Assembly (NCBI GenBank): GCA_951406725.2
Contig: OX597823.1
Location: 117,986,001-118,050,000, forward strand
From: Octopus vulgaris
Lineage: Eukaryota
Direction of reading: 5' to 3'
Length of the DNA stretch: 64,000 nt
The notes beneath the pieces were generated by a model. The model searched no databases. It saw only the letters and a list, made by a program, of their open reading frames with translations, and was not told the DNA's origin. The position numbers were made by a program, and so were the translations under genes. Of this stretch, positions 1-12,154 are shown one piece after another; position 1 is the stretch's first letter, and each line of letters starts with the position of its first letter.

Positions 1-369
1 CTCAAATACTCAAGTCGATTTAATCAACTGGCGATGACCAAGATGCAATGATGTCTGATATGATGATAGTTCGCCGGTCAACTTTGACGATGACCAGACA
101 TATACCAATAAATAAAAAAAGAAGAAAACAAAGAAAAAGATGTTTAAAATTATCATGGATCTTTTTAGTTTAAACTATCTCTTCCGATTTTGATGAAAAT
201 TTCTACATAAGTGTAGTTTTTCATGCCAATTATGTAAATCACAACTATTTTTTTTGAGAAATTAATAATAAAAAAAAGCCTTTAAAGCTTGAAATATTTT
301 ATAATTTTAACCAAACAGAATTATCCACTCACGGAATTCCGTCTGGCAGACGATGTTATTTGTATATCT

Positions 370-623
370 TTCTGAGACCTGTCAAGCCAAGTCAGACCGT
401 AGTTGTGGCCAATGCTGGTGTCAAGTCAAGGGCACCTGTGTCGGTGGCAGGTAACTAACACCCACTACACTCTTGGAGTGGTTGGCGTTAGAAAGGGCAT
501 CTTGCTGTAGAAACCTTGCCAAATCAGATCAGAACCTGGTGCAGCTCCCTGGCTTGCCAGTTTTCAGTTAAACCATCCAGGGCATCCCAGCATGGAAAAC
601 GGACACTAAATGATGATGATGAC
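370..623 (+). mobile_element. 3' end of RTE-clade LINE (GAT-tailed family)
   Basis: Recurrent motif cccactacactcttggagtggttggcgttagaaagggcatc...catggaaaacggacactaaatgatgatgatg; the same tail follows an RTE ORF C-terminus at 41960-42610. Confidence 0.7.
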
Positions 624-649
624 GAGTAACCAATTGAAACTATCTTGGA

Positions 650-796
650 GTTAGGGTTGAGATAAGGATTAAGATTTAGGGTTGGGGCTTAAGGTTAGTT
701 TCAAGGCTAAAGTTAAAGGTTAGGGTTAGGTTTAGTGTTAGATTTAGGTTGAGGGTTAGGGTTAGGTTTAGGGTTTAAGTTATCCTAACACTAAAC
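650..796 (+). repeat. Degenerate TTAGGG-like hexamer array
   Basis: Several ttaggg/ttaggt/tgaggg units, e.g. ggttagggttaggtttagtgttagatttaggttgagggttagggttagg. Confidence 0.7.
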
Positions 797-971
797 ACTT
801 TACAGAATGTACTGGGTGCATTTTACATGGCACCAGCACTAGAGAGGTAACCATATCCTCAACATGATTAAAGGAACCCCACAATCACATGTTTCTGCTT
901 GCTCACAAGTCTCTAGAGAGTGACAGGTGTAAGTGTTAGATGCATGAATGACAGTAATTAGAGTGATGAAT

Positions 972-1190
972 AAGGCAAGCTGGCAGAAATATTAGCACAC
1001 CAGGTGAAAGGCTTATCAGTATTTTGCCTGTCTTTACGTTCTGAGTTCAAATTCCGCCGAGGTCAACTTTGCCTTTCATCCTTTCAGCGTCGATAAATAA
1101 AGTACCAGTTGCATACTGGGGTCGATCTAATTGACTGGCCCCCTTCTCAAAAATTTTGTGCCTTGTGCCTAGAGTAGAAAAGAATTAGAG
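972..1190 (+). mobile_element. tRNA-derived SINE, family A
   Basis: ggcaagctggcagaa head, B-box-like gagttcaaattcc, central gtcaactttgcctttcatcctttc...gataaataaagtaccagtt shared with more than ten copies in the window. Confidence 0.75.
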
Positions 1191-1968
1191 CGATGAATGA
1201 TAAAGAGTGGAGTGTCAATATTCTGAGATAGATGTGTATGTTCAACACAACATGACTGAGGTGGCAGTGAGAATGGTGGGGGCTATTTGACCCAGGAGAC
1301 AGAGTGATGACAAAGGCCAAGAATGTATGGTAAAGAAGGAGCAAGAGTGTGCTTGGTTATCAGAATGACACAAGTTGATAACATGTAGTATAAGAGTGAA
1401 AGAAGATAGAGTGAACTGGACAAAACACTGGACCATAAATCCACTTACACAGAGTCTACTAGATGAGTTTTGTAAGAGAAAGGAAACTTATATCTTTTCT
1501 AAACATGTTAGTGATGTAAGTAAATTGTAACAGCTATACACAAGGAATGAAAATAGGTTACAAACAGTCCTTTCAGTGACATTCACATCACTTATAGCAA
1601 TGTTTACAAAAAACAGTTATGGCTATTTACAGCAACATTTACAAAAATACTGACAGTTCTTATAAGAACATTTAATGCTGATTACTAACCTTTTAATGCA
1701 TTTCTTCTGCAGTTTCTACTTTTTAATCTCGTCTACATGATAGCAAGACACTAATCATCCACACACTCACTCAAACGCACACACAATGTCTCATTTCTTC
1801 AATTTACTCACTAAGCCAGTGCTTCTCAGTCTTTTAGCTTTTGTGGCACACTGGGTATCAAATAAAAAGTTTCTGATGCACTTTGTATGAAAGCATAGAG
1901 CAAAGACTACTCTTTTATCAAGTTTTAGTTAATATTATGAAAGCCCTTGACACAATGAATAAAATGCC

Positions 1969-2052
1969 AGGACCCCAACTTAACCAGGATTCTCCTGGTT
2001 AAGTTGGGGTCCTAACCTAAGTCTGTTGGTATGTTTTCCAACAACAGACTTA
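1969..2052. repeat. Two adjacent hairpins (21-bp perfect stem and 11-bp stem)
   Basis: aggaccccaacttaaccagga-ttc-tcctggttaagttggggtcct (1969-2013); taagtctgttg...caacagactta (2018-2052). Confidence 0.9.
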
Positions 2053-2326
2053 TATGAAAGTCTGCTTCAACTAAAATGGTGCTCTACCAGAACAGTCCTG
2101 GTGGATATTGATGTTAAGCAAGTGGTATAACTATGCTAACTGTGATCTCTATTTACTTTATAGGACTGTGGTTTAGGTATCTTTGTCTGCTTTTACACAA
2201 CAGATAAACTGAATCATTTCAAAAAGTCTAGTTTATTGCATACTGACCTTGTGGCTCATTTAGAGCAAGATACTCAGTAAAGAATAGACCTCTTCTTTTG
2301 TGCCTTATCACTTTTGGGCATGCCAT

Positions 2327-2600
2327 ATCATCATCATCAACTTTTAACGTCCATTGTCCATGATGGCATGGTAAACTGAGGGGCTGCATTAGACTCCAGT
2401 CTGATTTGGCATGGTTTCTACAACTGGATGCCCTTCCTAATACTAACCACTCCAAGAGTGTAATAGGTGCTTTTACGTGCCACTGGCATAGGTGCCATTT
2501 GTGTGACACCAGTATCTATCACGGCTACAATTTTACTTGGCTTGATGGGTCTTCTCAAGCATGGAATATTGCCAAAAGTCTCGGTCATTTGTCATTGCAA
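2327..2600 (-). mobile_element. 3' end of RTE-clade LINE
   Basis: (CAT)n followed by reverse complement of the RTE tail (ggatgcccttcctaatactaaccactcc). Confidence 0.65.
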
Positions 2601-3063
2601 TAAAGTTGAAAACAACTAAGATGATGTTTATACCTGTTCCAGGTAAGTCATGTGTGACTTCTAACACCACATATGGATTGTGAGATCAACTTGAGGATTG
2701 AGATGACTGCAATTGAATTTGGGATACTTGATACTTGAGAAACAAGTCTGGTCAAGCGGGTATTTGGAAATTTCCACCAAGCTTGCATCATCACATCCTT
2801 GCTATGTACACCTGAGACACTGGTGTCACCAAAACAAATCATTAGTATTTAATGTCTACTTTTTCAAACTCACCTGTGTCAGATGATATATGCTAAGGTA
2901 GATTTTTTTTTATGACCAGATGCCCTTCCTATCACCAGCCTTCACCTACTTCCCCATGACCAGACATCTAAGAAGATTGGAAATGAAGGGCACTACTTGC
3001 ATGATGATGACACTTGCTTACAACTATCATGCAAGACAGTAATACACACACACAAGTGTAGAT

Positions 3064-3297
3064 AAGGCGGCAAGCTGGCAGAAATGTTAGCACGCTGGGC
3101 GAAATGCTTAGCAGTATTTCGTCTGCCGTTACGTTCTGAGTTCAAATTCCACCGAGGTCGACTTTGCCTTTCATCCTTTTGGGGTCGATAAATAAAGTAC
3201 CAGTTACACACTGGTGTCGATGTAATCAACTTAATCCCTTTGTCTGTCCTTGTTTGTCCCCTCTATGTTTAGCCCCTTGTGGGCAATAATGAAATAA
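3064..3297 (+). mobile_element. tRNA-derived SINE, family A (near full length)
   Basis: ggcggcaagctggcagaaatgttagcacg...gagttcaaattcc...tttagccccttgtgggcaataatgaaata. Confidence 0.8.
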
Positions 3298-3963
3298 CAA
3301 GTATACACACACACACACATGACAGACTTCTTTCAGTTTCCATCAACCAAATCCACTCAAAAGGCTTTGGCTGACCCAGGGCTATATTTGAAGACACTTG
3401 CCCAAGGCGCCATGCAGTGGCATTGAACTCAAAACCATGTGGTTGAGAAGCAGACTTCTTACTAAACAACTATTCCTATGCCTGTACTAGTTGAAAATCT
3501 TTCATCATAGCACAGAGGTGCTGAATGAACAGATTGTCTCAATAAGGAAGCTTGTTTCATCAAATATTATATGCAATAAATTGGTCATGTCTTCCATCTA
3601 GTTGCTTTCAGGCATCTGAAGCAATTCCTTTATGGTGAATTAGTTTTGCTAAGCATTCCCTATCATAAAAATATATATTGTTTTTAACACAAGAAATCAA
3701 TGAAGGGAGCCTATTTCAGATGATTCCTCTGCATCGTGCCTACTAATTTTGTATGATACACAGATGACCATTTTAATTTAATGCCATCTCAATTGCATAT
3801 GTTAAGTCTTTCTATTTATAATTTTTAAAAACTGATGTTTAGATGTTGAAAGACCTTTGAAATTTCAATTTTGAGGTTGTGTGATCTAAGTAAATCTGTC
3901 TGACAAAGAACACCTCTCCTTGCTTAGTCAAATATTTCAACATATTATAATCACCAATATATG

Positions 3964-4300
3964 CTGAGAACCCCTTCGGTCATGGCTGACCATGGGATTG
4001 CACCTAGAAAATTAACCTTCCAGGTACAAGTCCAGGCAAGGTTATTTATGGAAGACCAACAGTCGCCCATGCATACTGGCCTCCCCTCTCCATGTCACCA
4101 GTGTTATCCAAGGGAAAAGCAAAGGCTGCTACAGCTTGGCACCTGTGACATCACAACTCATTTCTACAGCTGAGTGAACTGGAGCAACATGAAATAAAGT
4201 GTCTTGCTCAAGAACGCAAAATGCAGCCCGGTCCGGGATTCAAACTCACAACCTCACAATTGTAAGCTCAACACTCAAACCACTGAGCCATGCGCCTTCA
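3964..4300 (-). mobile_element. tRNA-derived SINE, family C
   Basis: Reverse complement of the element at 19491-19826 (gcgcatggctcagtgg head ... ccgaaggggttctcag end). Confidence 0.75.
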
Positions 4301-4581
4301 CATAATAGCCCAATATATATGTATATATAATACACTACATGATTTTGTAGATTTCCTTTTTTTTAAAAGTAACACTAAACCATTTGAAGCTGTTGAATCT
4401 TTTGCACTTTATATGAGTTATCTTCTAAATCATTTGACACAAAATTCAAATTATTTAGTCCCAGCTGGAGTTGTTTCTGTATTTGAAAGTTCATTCTGCC
4501 ACTTACTTTGGTTCATCATGCTCAACTAACGTTTTTATGTTTATACATTCTGATGATGAAATTAATTTTCTCCCATTTGAC

Positions 4582-4965
4582 ATTGGTAAATCTAATCAAT
4601 ACATACATACATACATTAAGTTTGAAAATAGAGAGATTCAATGGATATAAATTAATTTATTAATTAATTATCAGTTACCTACAATTGTTTCATTTCACAC
4701 CCAATTTAAATTACAAAACATATATAAATATATAAGTTTGCATTTCAAAATACCTTCAGTGGAAAATCTTGAGGGCATGAAAAGGGACACTACAGAGATT
4801 ACATCTTGATCGGTTGAAATACTCCAATAGACTATATATATCTTATGCTAGGTAACAATGATAATTATAATAAATTAATTTATATCCGTTGAATCATTCC
4901 ATTTTCAAACTTAATAATATATATATTTATATGTAAGTATGTATGTATTGATTAGATTTACCAAT
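4582..4965. repeat. Foldback element with ~100-bp imperfect terminal inverted repeats
   Basis: attggtaaatctaatcaatacatac...ttaccta (4582-4681) is the reverse complement of taggtaac...gtattgattagatttaccaat (4850-4965). Confidence 0.85.
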
Positions 4966-4972
4966 CTATACC

Positions 4973-5441
4973 TATTTCTTTACTACCCACAAGGGGCTAA
5001 ACACAGAGAGGACAAACAAGGACAGACAAACGGATTAAGTTGATTATATTGACCCCAGTGCGTAACTGGTACTTATTTAATCAACCCCGAAAGGATGAAA
5101 GGCAAAGTTGACCTCGGCGGAATCTGAACTCAAAACATAGCGGCAGACGAAATACTGCTAAGCATTTCGCCTGGCATGCTAACGTTTCTGCCAGCTTGCC
5201 GCCTTGCATATTTCTTTACTGCCCACAAGGGGCTAAACATAGAGGGAACAAACAAGGACAGACAAATGGATTAAGTCGATTACATCGACCACAGTGCAAA
5301 ACTAGTACTTTATTTATCGACCCCGAAAGGATGAAAGGCAAAGTCGACTTCAGCGGAATTTGAGCTCAGAATGTAACGGCAGACGAAATACTGCTAAGCA
5401 TTTCGCCCGGCGTTCTAACGTTTCTGCCAGCTCGCCGCCCT
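4973..5441 (-). mobile_element. Tandem dimer of SINE family A with one TSD
   Basis: Two head-to-tail units flanked by direct repeat gatttaccaatctatacc (4955-4972 and 5442-5459). Confidence 0.85.
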
Positions 5442-5920
5442 GATTTACCAATCTATACCATCAATATATATTTAATACACTGTATGCATTTGTATATATC
5501 CCTTATTCCACTATGAATTACTCTACTTCATTTATTCTTCTAGATTCCTCTATCATCTTTTATATTCACCTTATTGAGAAGCATCAGGCATTCAAATTTA
5601 GCTTTTCCCTTATTACACAGTATGCATGTATTTCTTTGTTTAAACAGAACAAAAATAATTTGAAACTAGATTGCAAATTCAGAAGGCCAAGGTGTGTTAC
5701 TGTCTTCTGAAGTCTATATAAGACATAATGGTTCTTCAGGAACTTTCACAGTGATTGTGAATAATGCATGCTTATCACATGCAAATGTAGCTTTTGCAAA
5801 GAATGTGCAAATGTGTTGTAAATGTGCAGCTTTTGCATAAACTAAACATGCTGTTCCTTGGAAGCCATTAGAAAATGTATGTAACCTGTTTTTAAGATCA
5901 TGTACCCATATGTAAATATG

Positions 5921-6118
5921 CGAGCTGGTGGCACATAAAAGCACCCACTACACTCTCGGAGTGGTTGGCATTAGGAAGGGCATCCAGCTGTAGAAACTCT
6001 GCCAGATCAAGATTGGAGCCTGGTGCAGCCATCTGGTTCGCCAGTCCTCAGTCAAATCGTCCAACCCATGCTAGCATGGAAAGCGGATGTTAAACGGTGA
6101 TGATGATGATGATGATGA
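5921..6118 (+). mobile_element. 3' end of RTE-clade LINE
   Basis: gcacccactacactctcggagtggttggcattaggaagggcatccagc...(GAT)n tail. Confidence 0.7.
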
Positions 6119-6459
6119 TATGGTGGTTTTGAATGCATACCTGTACAACATTTGTGAAATTAGGAAGAGCATTTGTGAACTACATTGATGACAATATATG
6201 GTACAGATTAAAAGTAATGGGACCTATGTAAAAGTTGGTGAGTGATAAATATAATTTTCTTATTTTTCTGTTATTTTGGCATTTTTATGTACCTCTTCAT
6301 ACCCACCAACAACTTTCATCATGTGCATTTTTCAATGATGCCGTTAATTAGAAAAATCGAATATTCATACATATAAGCCAAAATGTTATAGTTATCACAA
6401 AGTTTAACAAAACAACTGCCATGATTATATCAACTCCTCTCTACTCAAATGCCAACAGA

Positions 6460-6621
6460 ATCATCCGTCCATGGCAGCAGCAGCAGCAGCAGCAGGAGGA
6501 GGAGGAGGAGGAAAGCTGATACAGCTGTCATCCAGAGTTGTTTCCCCTTGTGCAGAATGACTTATGGCGCCCTTCGTTTGAATGACAGGATAACCTCGTC
6601 GGACAAAGTCTCCGAATGACC
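6460..6621 (+). promoter_or_regulatory. Probable promoter / 5' UTR region of the AFG1-like gene
   Basis: Locally CpG-retaining non-TE DNA directly upstream of exon 1, with a (GCA)n(GGA)n tract at ~6474-6512 and accATGg context; TSS not determinable. Confidence 0.45.
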
Positions 6622-6694
6622 ATGGCACCGATCCATCACTTGTATTGGACTCTTTTTCGGAGACCTCACATAGGTGTGGTACTCACGCCACAAG
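6622..6694 (+). CDS. AFG1L: AFG1-like ATPase exon 1 (putative mitochondrial presequence; in-frame upstream ATG at 6616)
   Basis: MAPIHHLYWTLFRRPHIGVVLTPQ; accATGg; donor caaG|gtagat in phase 1 matches exon 2; no acidic residues, as expected for a presequence. Confidence 0.7.
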
Positions 6695-7014
6695 GTAGAT
6701 TTATCTTTCCTTTTCTGTATTTATCAGTTGACACAAGCATCTTGGAAGATTTATTTTCCCAGGTTCGGACTTCACGGAGAAAATTGTTATTAATCGTTTT
6801 TTGTTTACTTTTATTGCTTGTTGATTTTTCGGTTGTATTTACGAATTTATTATTGTTAATAAGACTTTTCCGTTCATCCTATCGGGATCGATGAAATAAG
6901 TACCAGTCGAGCACCGGAGCGATGTAATCGACTTGCCCCTCCCTTCAAATTTCGGGCTTTGTGCCTTAGTAGAAAGGATTATTATTATTTTTAGTACTAC
7001 TACTCTTTTATTAC

Positions 7015-7051
<37 letters not shown>

Positions 7052-7160
7052 GCTGTTGTAGTTCTTGAAAATAGTTACGTAATAGTGATTTACAAGGTCT
7101 TTTTATGTCGACTTCGTCTGAGTAAGGACGAAATACTCGAACCTTTGTATATTTACCAGT

Positions 7161-7395
7161 ACATGAAAGTGAGAAAACAACACAGCTCTTTCCATGACTT
7201 TCGGAAACATTCTTTCACGCTCAGAGTTGCTGAAGCATGGAATAAACTGCCTGCGTCAGTTGTTGACTACCATCACACTGCATCCTTTAAGGCCCTCATG
7301 CTTTCCGAAATCCGCCGAAACTACACCTGATTATATATACACTTTAGATGAGTTGTAGTGCACCTGAGCACTGTACACAATGTTTATTATTATGA
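7161..7395 (+). mobile_element. CR1-type LINE 3' fragment
   Basis: KVRKQHSSFHDFRKHSFTLRVAEAWNKLPASVV, matches the C-terminus at 25493-26056. Confidence 0.8.
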
Positions 7396-8011
7396 CGCAC
7401 TGTTTAAGTTTACGTTGTATTTGGATATAGTGACATGTAAATACAATTGGTTTCAACAAGATGTTGAAATGGGGAAAAAATTTCTGAAAAATTCTGTGTA
7501 CATTGAGATTCAATAACGGAAAATACCTGGTATTAATTAATGGGTGGAGTTGACCTCGACATTGCAAGCTGATCAAATACCCGACAATTAATACCCGAGT
7601 TTATAATATATATTGGATTCATTTCATTACATATATAACACGTATGGATATAATACATAAATGATGCAAAACCACATTAAAATACAAATCCCAAACCGAA
7701 GAAAACACAAACATAAGCAAAGAAAGAAAGTAAAAACATCGATTTTGGGTCGATTTAGGTTTACTTCAGCCAAAAAGGAGAGTACCGGCATCCTTGCAAC
7801 TTGGGTACGTGTAATCTCCTAGTTAGAATAGAGGATAAACTACATCGTGATTACAAATGAACTTCCCAAATAATTTAACTTTCATTTTATCTTTTATGCG
7901 TCATTAGACTATGGCCATGGTGGGGGCATTGCCCTGAAGAATTTCAGTCAAACGAATCAACTATCAACAACTCCAGTATTTATTTTTTCTCTTAAAGCTT
8001 GGTACTTAACT

Positions 8012-8056
<45 letters not shown>

Positions 8057-8057
8057 A

Positions 8058-8652
8058 CTAGCAGTATTGCCCGGGATTAAATTAGGATTATTAAGGGATC
8101 AAGTGCTTTATTTCAAACCAAAATACATGACACCGACATCAAATTTGAGCGAAATCCATTGAAATTGGTAAACGTTTGGCTGAAAATGGGTTGCAGGCAA
8201 TTTGATTGAGAAATCCCATAAGGAATCGGTGTATCGATTATTTCCACTCATCAGTTGTTTTTTTTGTTTTTTCTTTTTTTAGAACTTAAAGCATTCAAAG
8301 ATCCGATGAGTCCTAAGTAATGCTGGTAGCAAGTTTGAGCAAAATATGTCAAAATTGGTAAAAGTTATGGTTGAAAATGGGGTGTAGCCAATTTTAGTGG
8401 GAAATCCTGTAAGGAATCGGTTTATCAATTTTTTAACTTGATTGAATGGAAAACCCCAAATGTATGCCTGCCACCAATAGTGTTTGGCCTTGGGATTTGT
8501 TGATGGACATGGTGCCTCGGGAAAAATAATTTGACGAAAATACAGCTAGGGTTGTCACAAATGTCCTCCTAAAATTGGAGCAACATGCATGCTAATTTGT
8601 GGATGTGCATAAATTACATTCACGTATACACACACATCCTGTCTTTTATAGA
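8058..8652 (-). mobile_element. Non-autonomous Helitron-like element
   Basis: Minus strand reads A|TCtataaaa...CTAG|T, with an internal ~185-bp subrepeat (gaaaatggg...ggaatcgg twice); 5' boundary approximate. Confidence 0.5.
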
Positions 8653-8757
8653 TATACAAATATATATAACGTCAGTGGATCATATATCTGAAAAAGAAGC
8701 ATGATGATGAAGATGATGACTAAAATTTAGAGCAGTGATGTATTTAAGTTGTATGTC

Positions 8758-8920
8758 TGGTCATAGAGTGACCAATGGTTTTGCATCCATAAAGCGCTTA
8801 GCCTTATAGATGATTCGTCAGATTCCAGTGGCTGCAGACATATAACTGGTGTCTGACAAGTTGTCTATAAGGCTTAGCGCTTTATGGATACGAAGCCATT
8901 GATCACTATGCTTGACCATA
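8758..8920. repeat. MITE-like foldback (~75-bp imperfect arms)
   Basis: atccataaagcgcttagccttataga...tcagattccagt pairs with actggtgtctga...tctataaggcttagcgctttatggat. Confidence 0.75.
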
Positions 8921-8958
8921 TAATTAACTTTCTGTAAATATATGTCTATCTATCTATC

Positions 8959-8990
<32 letters not shown>

Positions 8991-9089
8991 ATTATTATTT
9001 CAGGGAATATAAATCCAAACTTACAGGGAAAAATTCAATTTAGAAATACTAAATCAAATTTTACACAATATAATATATATATATAAAAG

Positions 9090-9305
9090 ATTAGAAAAAA
9101 CCCACCTTTTATCAATTCAAAACAATTAAATTACACCATCTAGAAAATTACATATAAAAGAAATATTAAAATTAAGATAACAATAAAATGTCTAATCATT
9201 GACATTTCATTGTTATTTTAATTTTAATATTTCTATTATATGTAATTTTCTAGATGGTGTAATTTAATTGTTCATTTTGAATTGATAAAAGGTATTTTTT
9301 TTCTA

Positions 9306-9307
<2 letters not shown>
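9090..9307. repeat. AT-rich foldback (~100-bp arms, 8-nt loop) between (TA)n tracts
   Basis: ccttttatcaattcaaaacaattaaattacaccatctagaaaattacatataa...aatgtc / gacatt...ttatatgtaattttctagatggtgtaatttaattgtt...gaattgataaaagg. Confidence 0.85.
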
Positions 9308-9351
<44 letters not shown>

Positions 9352-9550
9352 CTTTGTGATTGAATTCGGCAGGCGGAAGTTACTGCCGTGTGTGTATGTG
9401 TGCGTATAGCTGCTCAGTGCCTCTCCGAAAGAGAGAGAGGGATATATAGAAACACACACACTCAGACAGGGAGAGAAAGATTCCCAACTGGTCACTCATT
9501 GAGAAGAGCTGTACTTTCAAAATTTCTTGGGGTAAAAAATGATAGTAATA

Positions 9551-10020
9551 ATGTCTGTTCAGTATTGCAGATTTGCTTGTCACTTGCTTAACCCTAACCA
9601 TTTAGTATGTCCCTTATTTGGCTGATGATGTATGCATCTCAGATCATGAGCAGGAGTGGTTGGGGATCATTATAGCTATGTGTTGAGAGGAATTCTTTGG
9701 GGTTTGAATAACTCACCTCTGGAAACATTGATGTTTCTTTCATCATCCTCAAATGACCCTTATTCAAGGACCTTTTGAGTAAGATGAGCTACTTGACTTG
9801 AAGAAAATTTTAACTGGGCCTCTCCTGCAAGGTCATACACTGTTTATCTTGATATGGCATCACCATGTTGTACACATGTAGTTGTGATACATGTGCCTGG
9901 TGTATTTTTATCAGACATGTAGTCATAATGGGTATATTGGGTTTCATATATTTGTACACCAGCATCACTTTGATGGCATTTGCAGCTCTCTCACTCAATA
10001 ATAATAATGATGATGATAAT
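9551..10020 (+). mobile_element. Unclassified (AAT)n-tailed interspersed repeat, diverged copy
   Basis: Similar along its length to the reverse complement of 50400-50850; ends gctctctcactcaataataataat. Confidence 0.7.
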
Positions 10021-10116
10021 ATCTTCTCTATGCATGTATTTCCATTCTTCTAGTGATATCCATACCTAGTATTATGTACTTATATATACTTATCTTTCTG
10101 TATCATTTTATCTCAG

Positions 10117-10313
10117 CAAAGAAGGTTTTCTACTGTCTGACAAGATGTAATTCCACTAAACAGAACTCACCTTTACTGGATACCTACTATGATCTATGCA
10201 AGTATGGACAATTGAAAGCTGATGATCACCAAATTAGCGTTATTGGAAACCTACAATCACTCCATGACCACTTAAAAGACTACAAGCCAGTGACTTCTAC
10301 TTGGTTTCAAAAG
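10117..10313 (+). CDS. AFG1L: AFG1-like ATPase exon 2
   Basis: tctcag| (A)KKVFYCLTRCNSTKQNSPLLDTYYDLCKYGQLKADDHQISVIGNLQSLHDHLKDYKPVTSTWFQK |gtaaca; G.L..D..Q motif typical of the AFG1 N-terminus. Confidence 0.88.
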
Positions 10314-11839
10314 GTAACAATCTTTCCTATTAAATACATTTTTATGGCCTAATGAGAGGCAGAAGAGTAGCACCCATAGTCTTTTTCATTGCCTCTGTGA
10401 CTGATAGGAGGAAGTTATCCTCAGACTGGAAACTTAGCCTTAATGGTTGCAACAGAGTGGATTCTGCTAAAAGCATCCAAGGTTCGAGTATTGATGTTAA
10501 ATTGAGCACCTATAAAACAAAAATAGTCCTTCCAGCAGGCTTCCACACAGTTTCCATCTTACAGATATCACTCATAATGGTCCAGGTCAACCTGAGGTTA
10601 TGATAAAAGATAGCCCAAGATGTTGCATAGTGGTGAGATTGAACCTGAAAACATTTAGTTGTGTTGTTAAATTTTTAGCCACCCATCCATGTCTGCACTC
10701 AATTTGTCATTATCTTAGTCTAATTAATCTTTTCAGTTACAGTGTATGCATTCATATAATAGCTTCGGTATGTATGTCATAGTATTCATGTTCATCTATC
10801 AGAGCAAGAAGGACTGTCTAGTTGTCTTTAAGGATAACTGATGACTTGCATAACTTTGTTTAAAGTGAAGAAGTGTTACATACCATCACCCTCACTCTCT
10901 CATCTGCAACCATTTTCAATCCAGTGACAAGACCAGGTTAAGACAAGTGGGGATGGAAATGGATGTAGTGGAAGACCAAGATGTTTTACTAGCCTCATCT
11001 TACTCTCTGCACTTCACAATGCATTGTGGCAGCCGTCTACTTTTCTGTTGAAACTTGAAGGTTTCTTCTGCTCAGTCTGCCAGATCCAGTCCTCACATGC
11101 ATAGGCAGGCAAGCTCTAATATGCTTATTAGCCCATAGATGAGACCTTGACAGGTGCTACTACTCTGGGTCAGCGTAGATCTGGGAACAATAGTGGCTAA
11201 GAGGTGGTTCCACATTCATCAAAACCCACGAGCTCCTGAACCAGGGCCCCACAATCAGATGCCGTTTAAAGTCATACTTAGGACAAGACATAGCATAACT
11301 GGATTATTGAGCATATGATGATAAGGTGTCATAGATATTGGATTGTGCTCTCTTGGCGACTGATGCATTGCCCTGCTTGTCTTATTTTATTTAGATAAGA
11401 TACCATTTCTATCACCTCTATTTCGAAGGATAAGTACATGGATAGTTGAATTGATAGAGTACTGACAGCTGGCTATGATGTCAACAGTACTGCAATATAC
11501 TCCATACTCTTAGCTCTCAAGAATCCCACTTAGTTGCTATATGTAGGATGGGAAACAGAGCAGATTGGCTCACAACTGCATGTAGCTGCTGTGATAGGGA
11601 GTTTAATTTTCATCTACAGAAGTTATCTACAGTAGATTAGTGTTTTTCTACCTAGGGAAATTTCTGTAGTAATTTAAATTAAAAAGATGAACTTAATAAT
11701 TTAATCAGTCTTACCTGATGCTCAACTTAATTTCCTTTATTCTCACTTTAAAAGGGAATTCATTCTTTGTTTGATATTTCAGATATTTTCTCTAATTGGT
11801 TTTGCAAATCTTCAATATGTTTTCAAATTCTTGTTGCAG

Positions 11840-11900
11840 ATGTTAAAATTAAAAAATGACCAAAAAGCACCCAGAGGCATTTATTTATATGGAGATGTTG
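11840..11900 (+). CDS. AFG1L: AFG1-like ATPase exon 3
   Basis: ttgcag| MLKLKNDQKAPRGIYLYGDV(G) |gtaggt; first half of Walker A. Confidence 0.93.
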
Positions 11901-12052
11901 GTAGGTTGGTGCAATTTTTAAAAAATTTCTTTTTTGTGTTACTTTTTACTTCAATGATGATTTCTTTTAAATGGACTCTTGTGTTAGCTGCAGTCAAGAG
12001 TCTTCTAAAATGATAATTGATAGTTGTACATTTCACTCTTTTTATTCTTTAG

Positions 12053-12154
12053 GCTGTGGTAAGACCATGTTGATGGATCTCTTCCACAATAACTGTGTGA
12101 TTGAGAAGAAACTCCGGGTACACTTTCATGAATTCATGCTTGATGTCCATAAAA
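12053..12154 (+). CDS. AFG1L: AFG1-like ATPase exon 4
   Basis: ctttag| CGKTMLMDLFHNNCVIEKKLRVHFHEFMLDVHK |gtacgt; completes Walker A GDVGCGKT; family motif RVHFHEFM. Confidence 0.95.

Noticed and set aside
6285-6560. Divergent minus-strand gene sharing the AFG1L promoter
   Set aside because: Only a weak donor (gag|gtacat); no convincing ORF or downstream exons in 1-6285
7113-7135. ctgagtaaggacgaaa resembling a hammerhead core
   Set aside because: No CUGANGA box with a closable stem II; only a short hairpin
9551-9604. ATG plus gtatgt donor as an alternative AFG1L exon 1
   Set aside because: Lies within a dispersed repeat (copy at 50400-50955), and its phase 0 end does not fit the phase 1 start of exon 2
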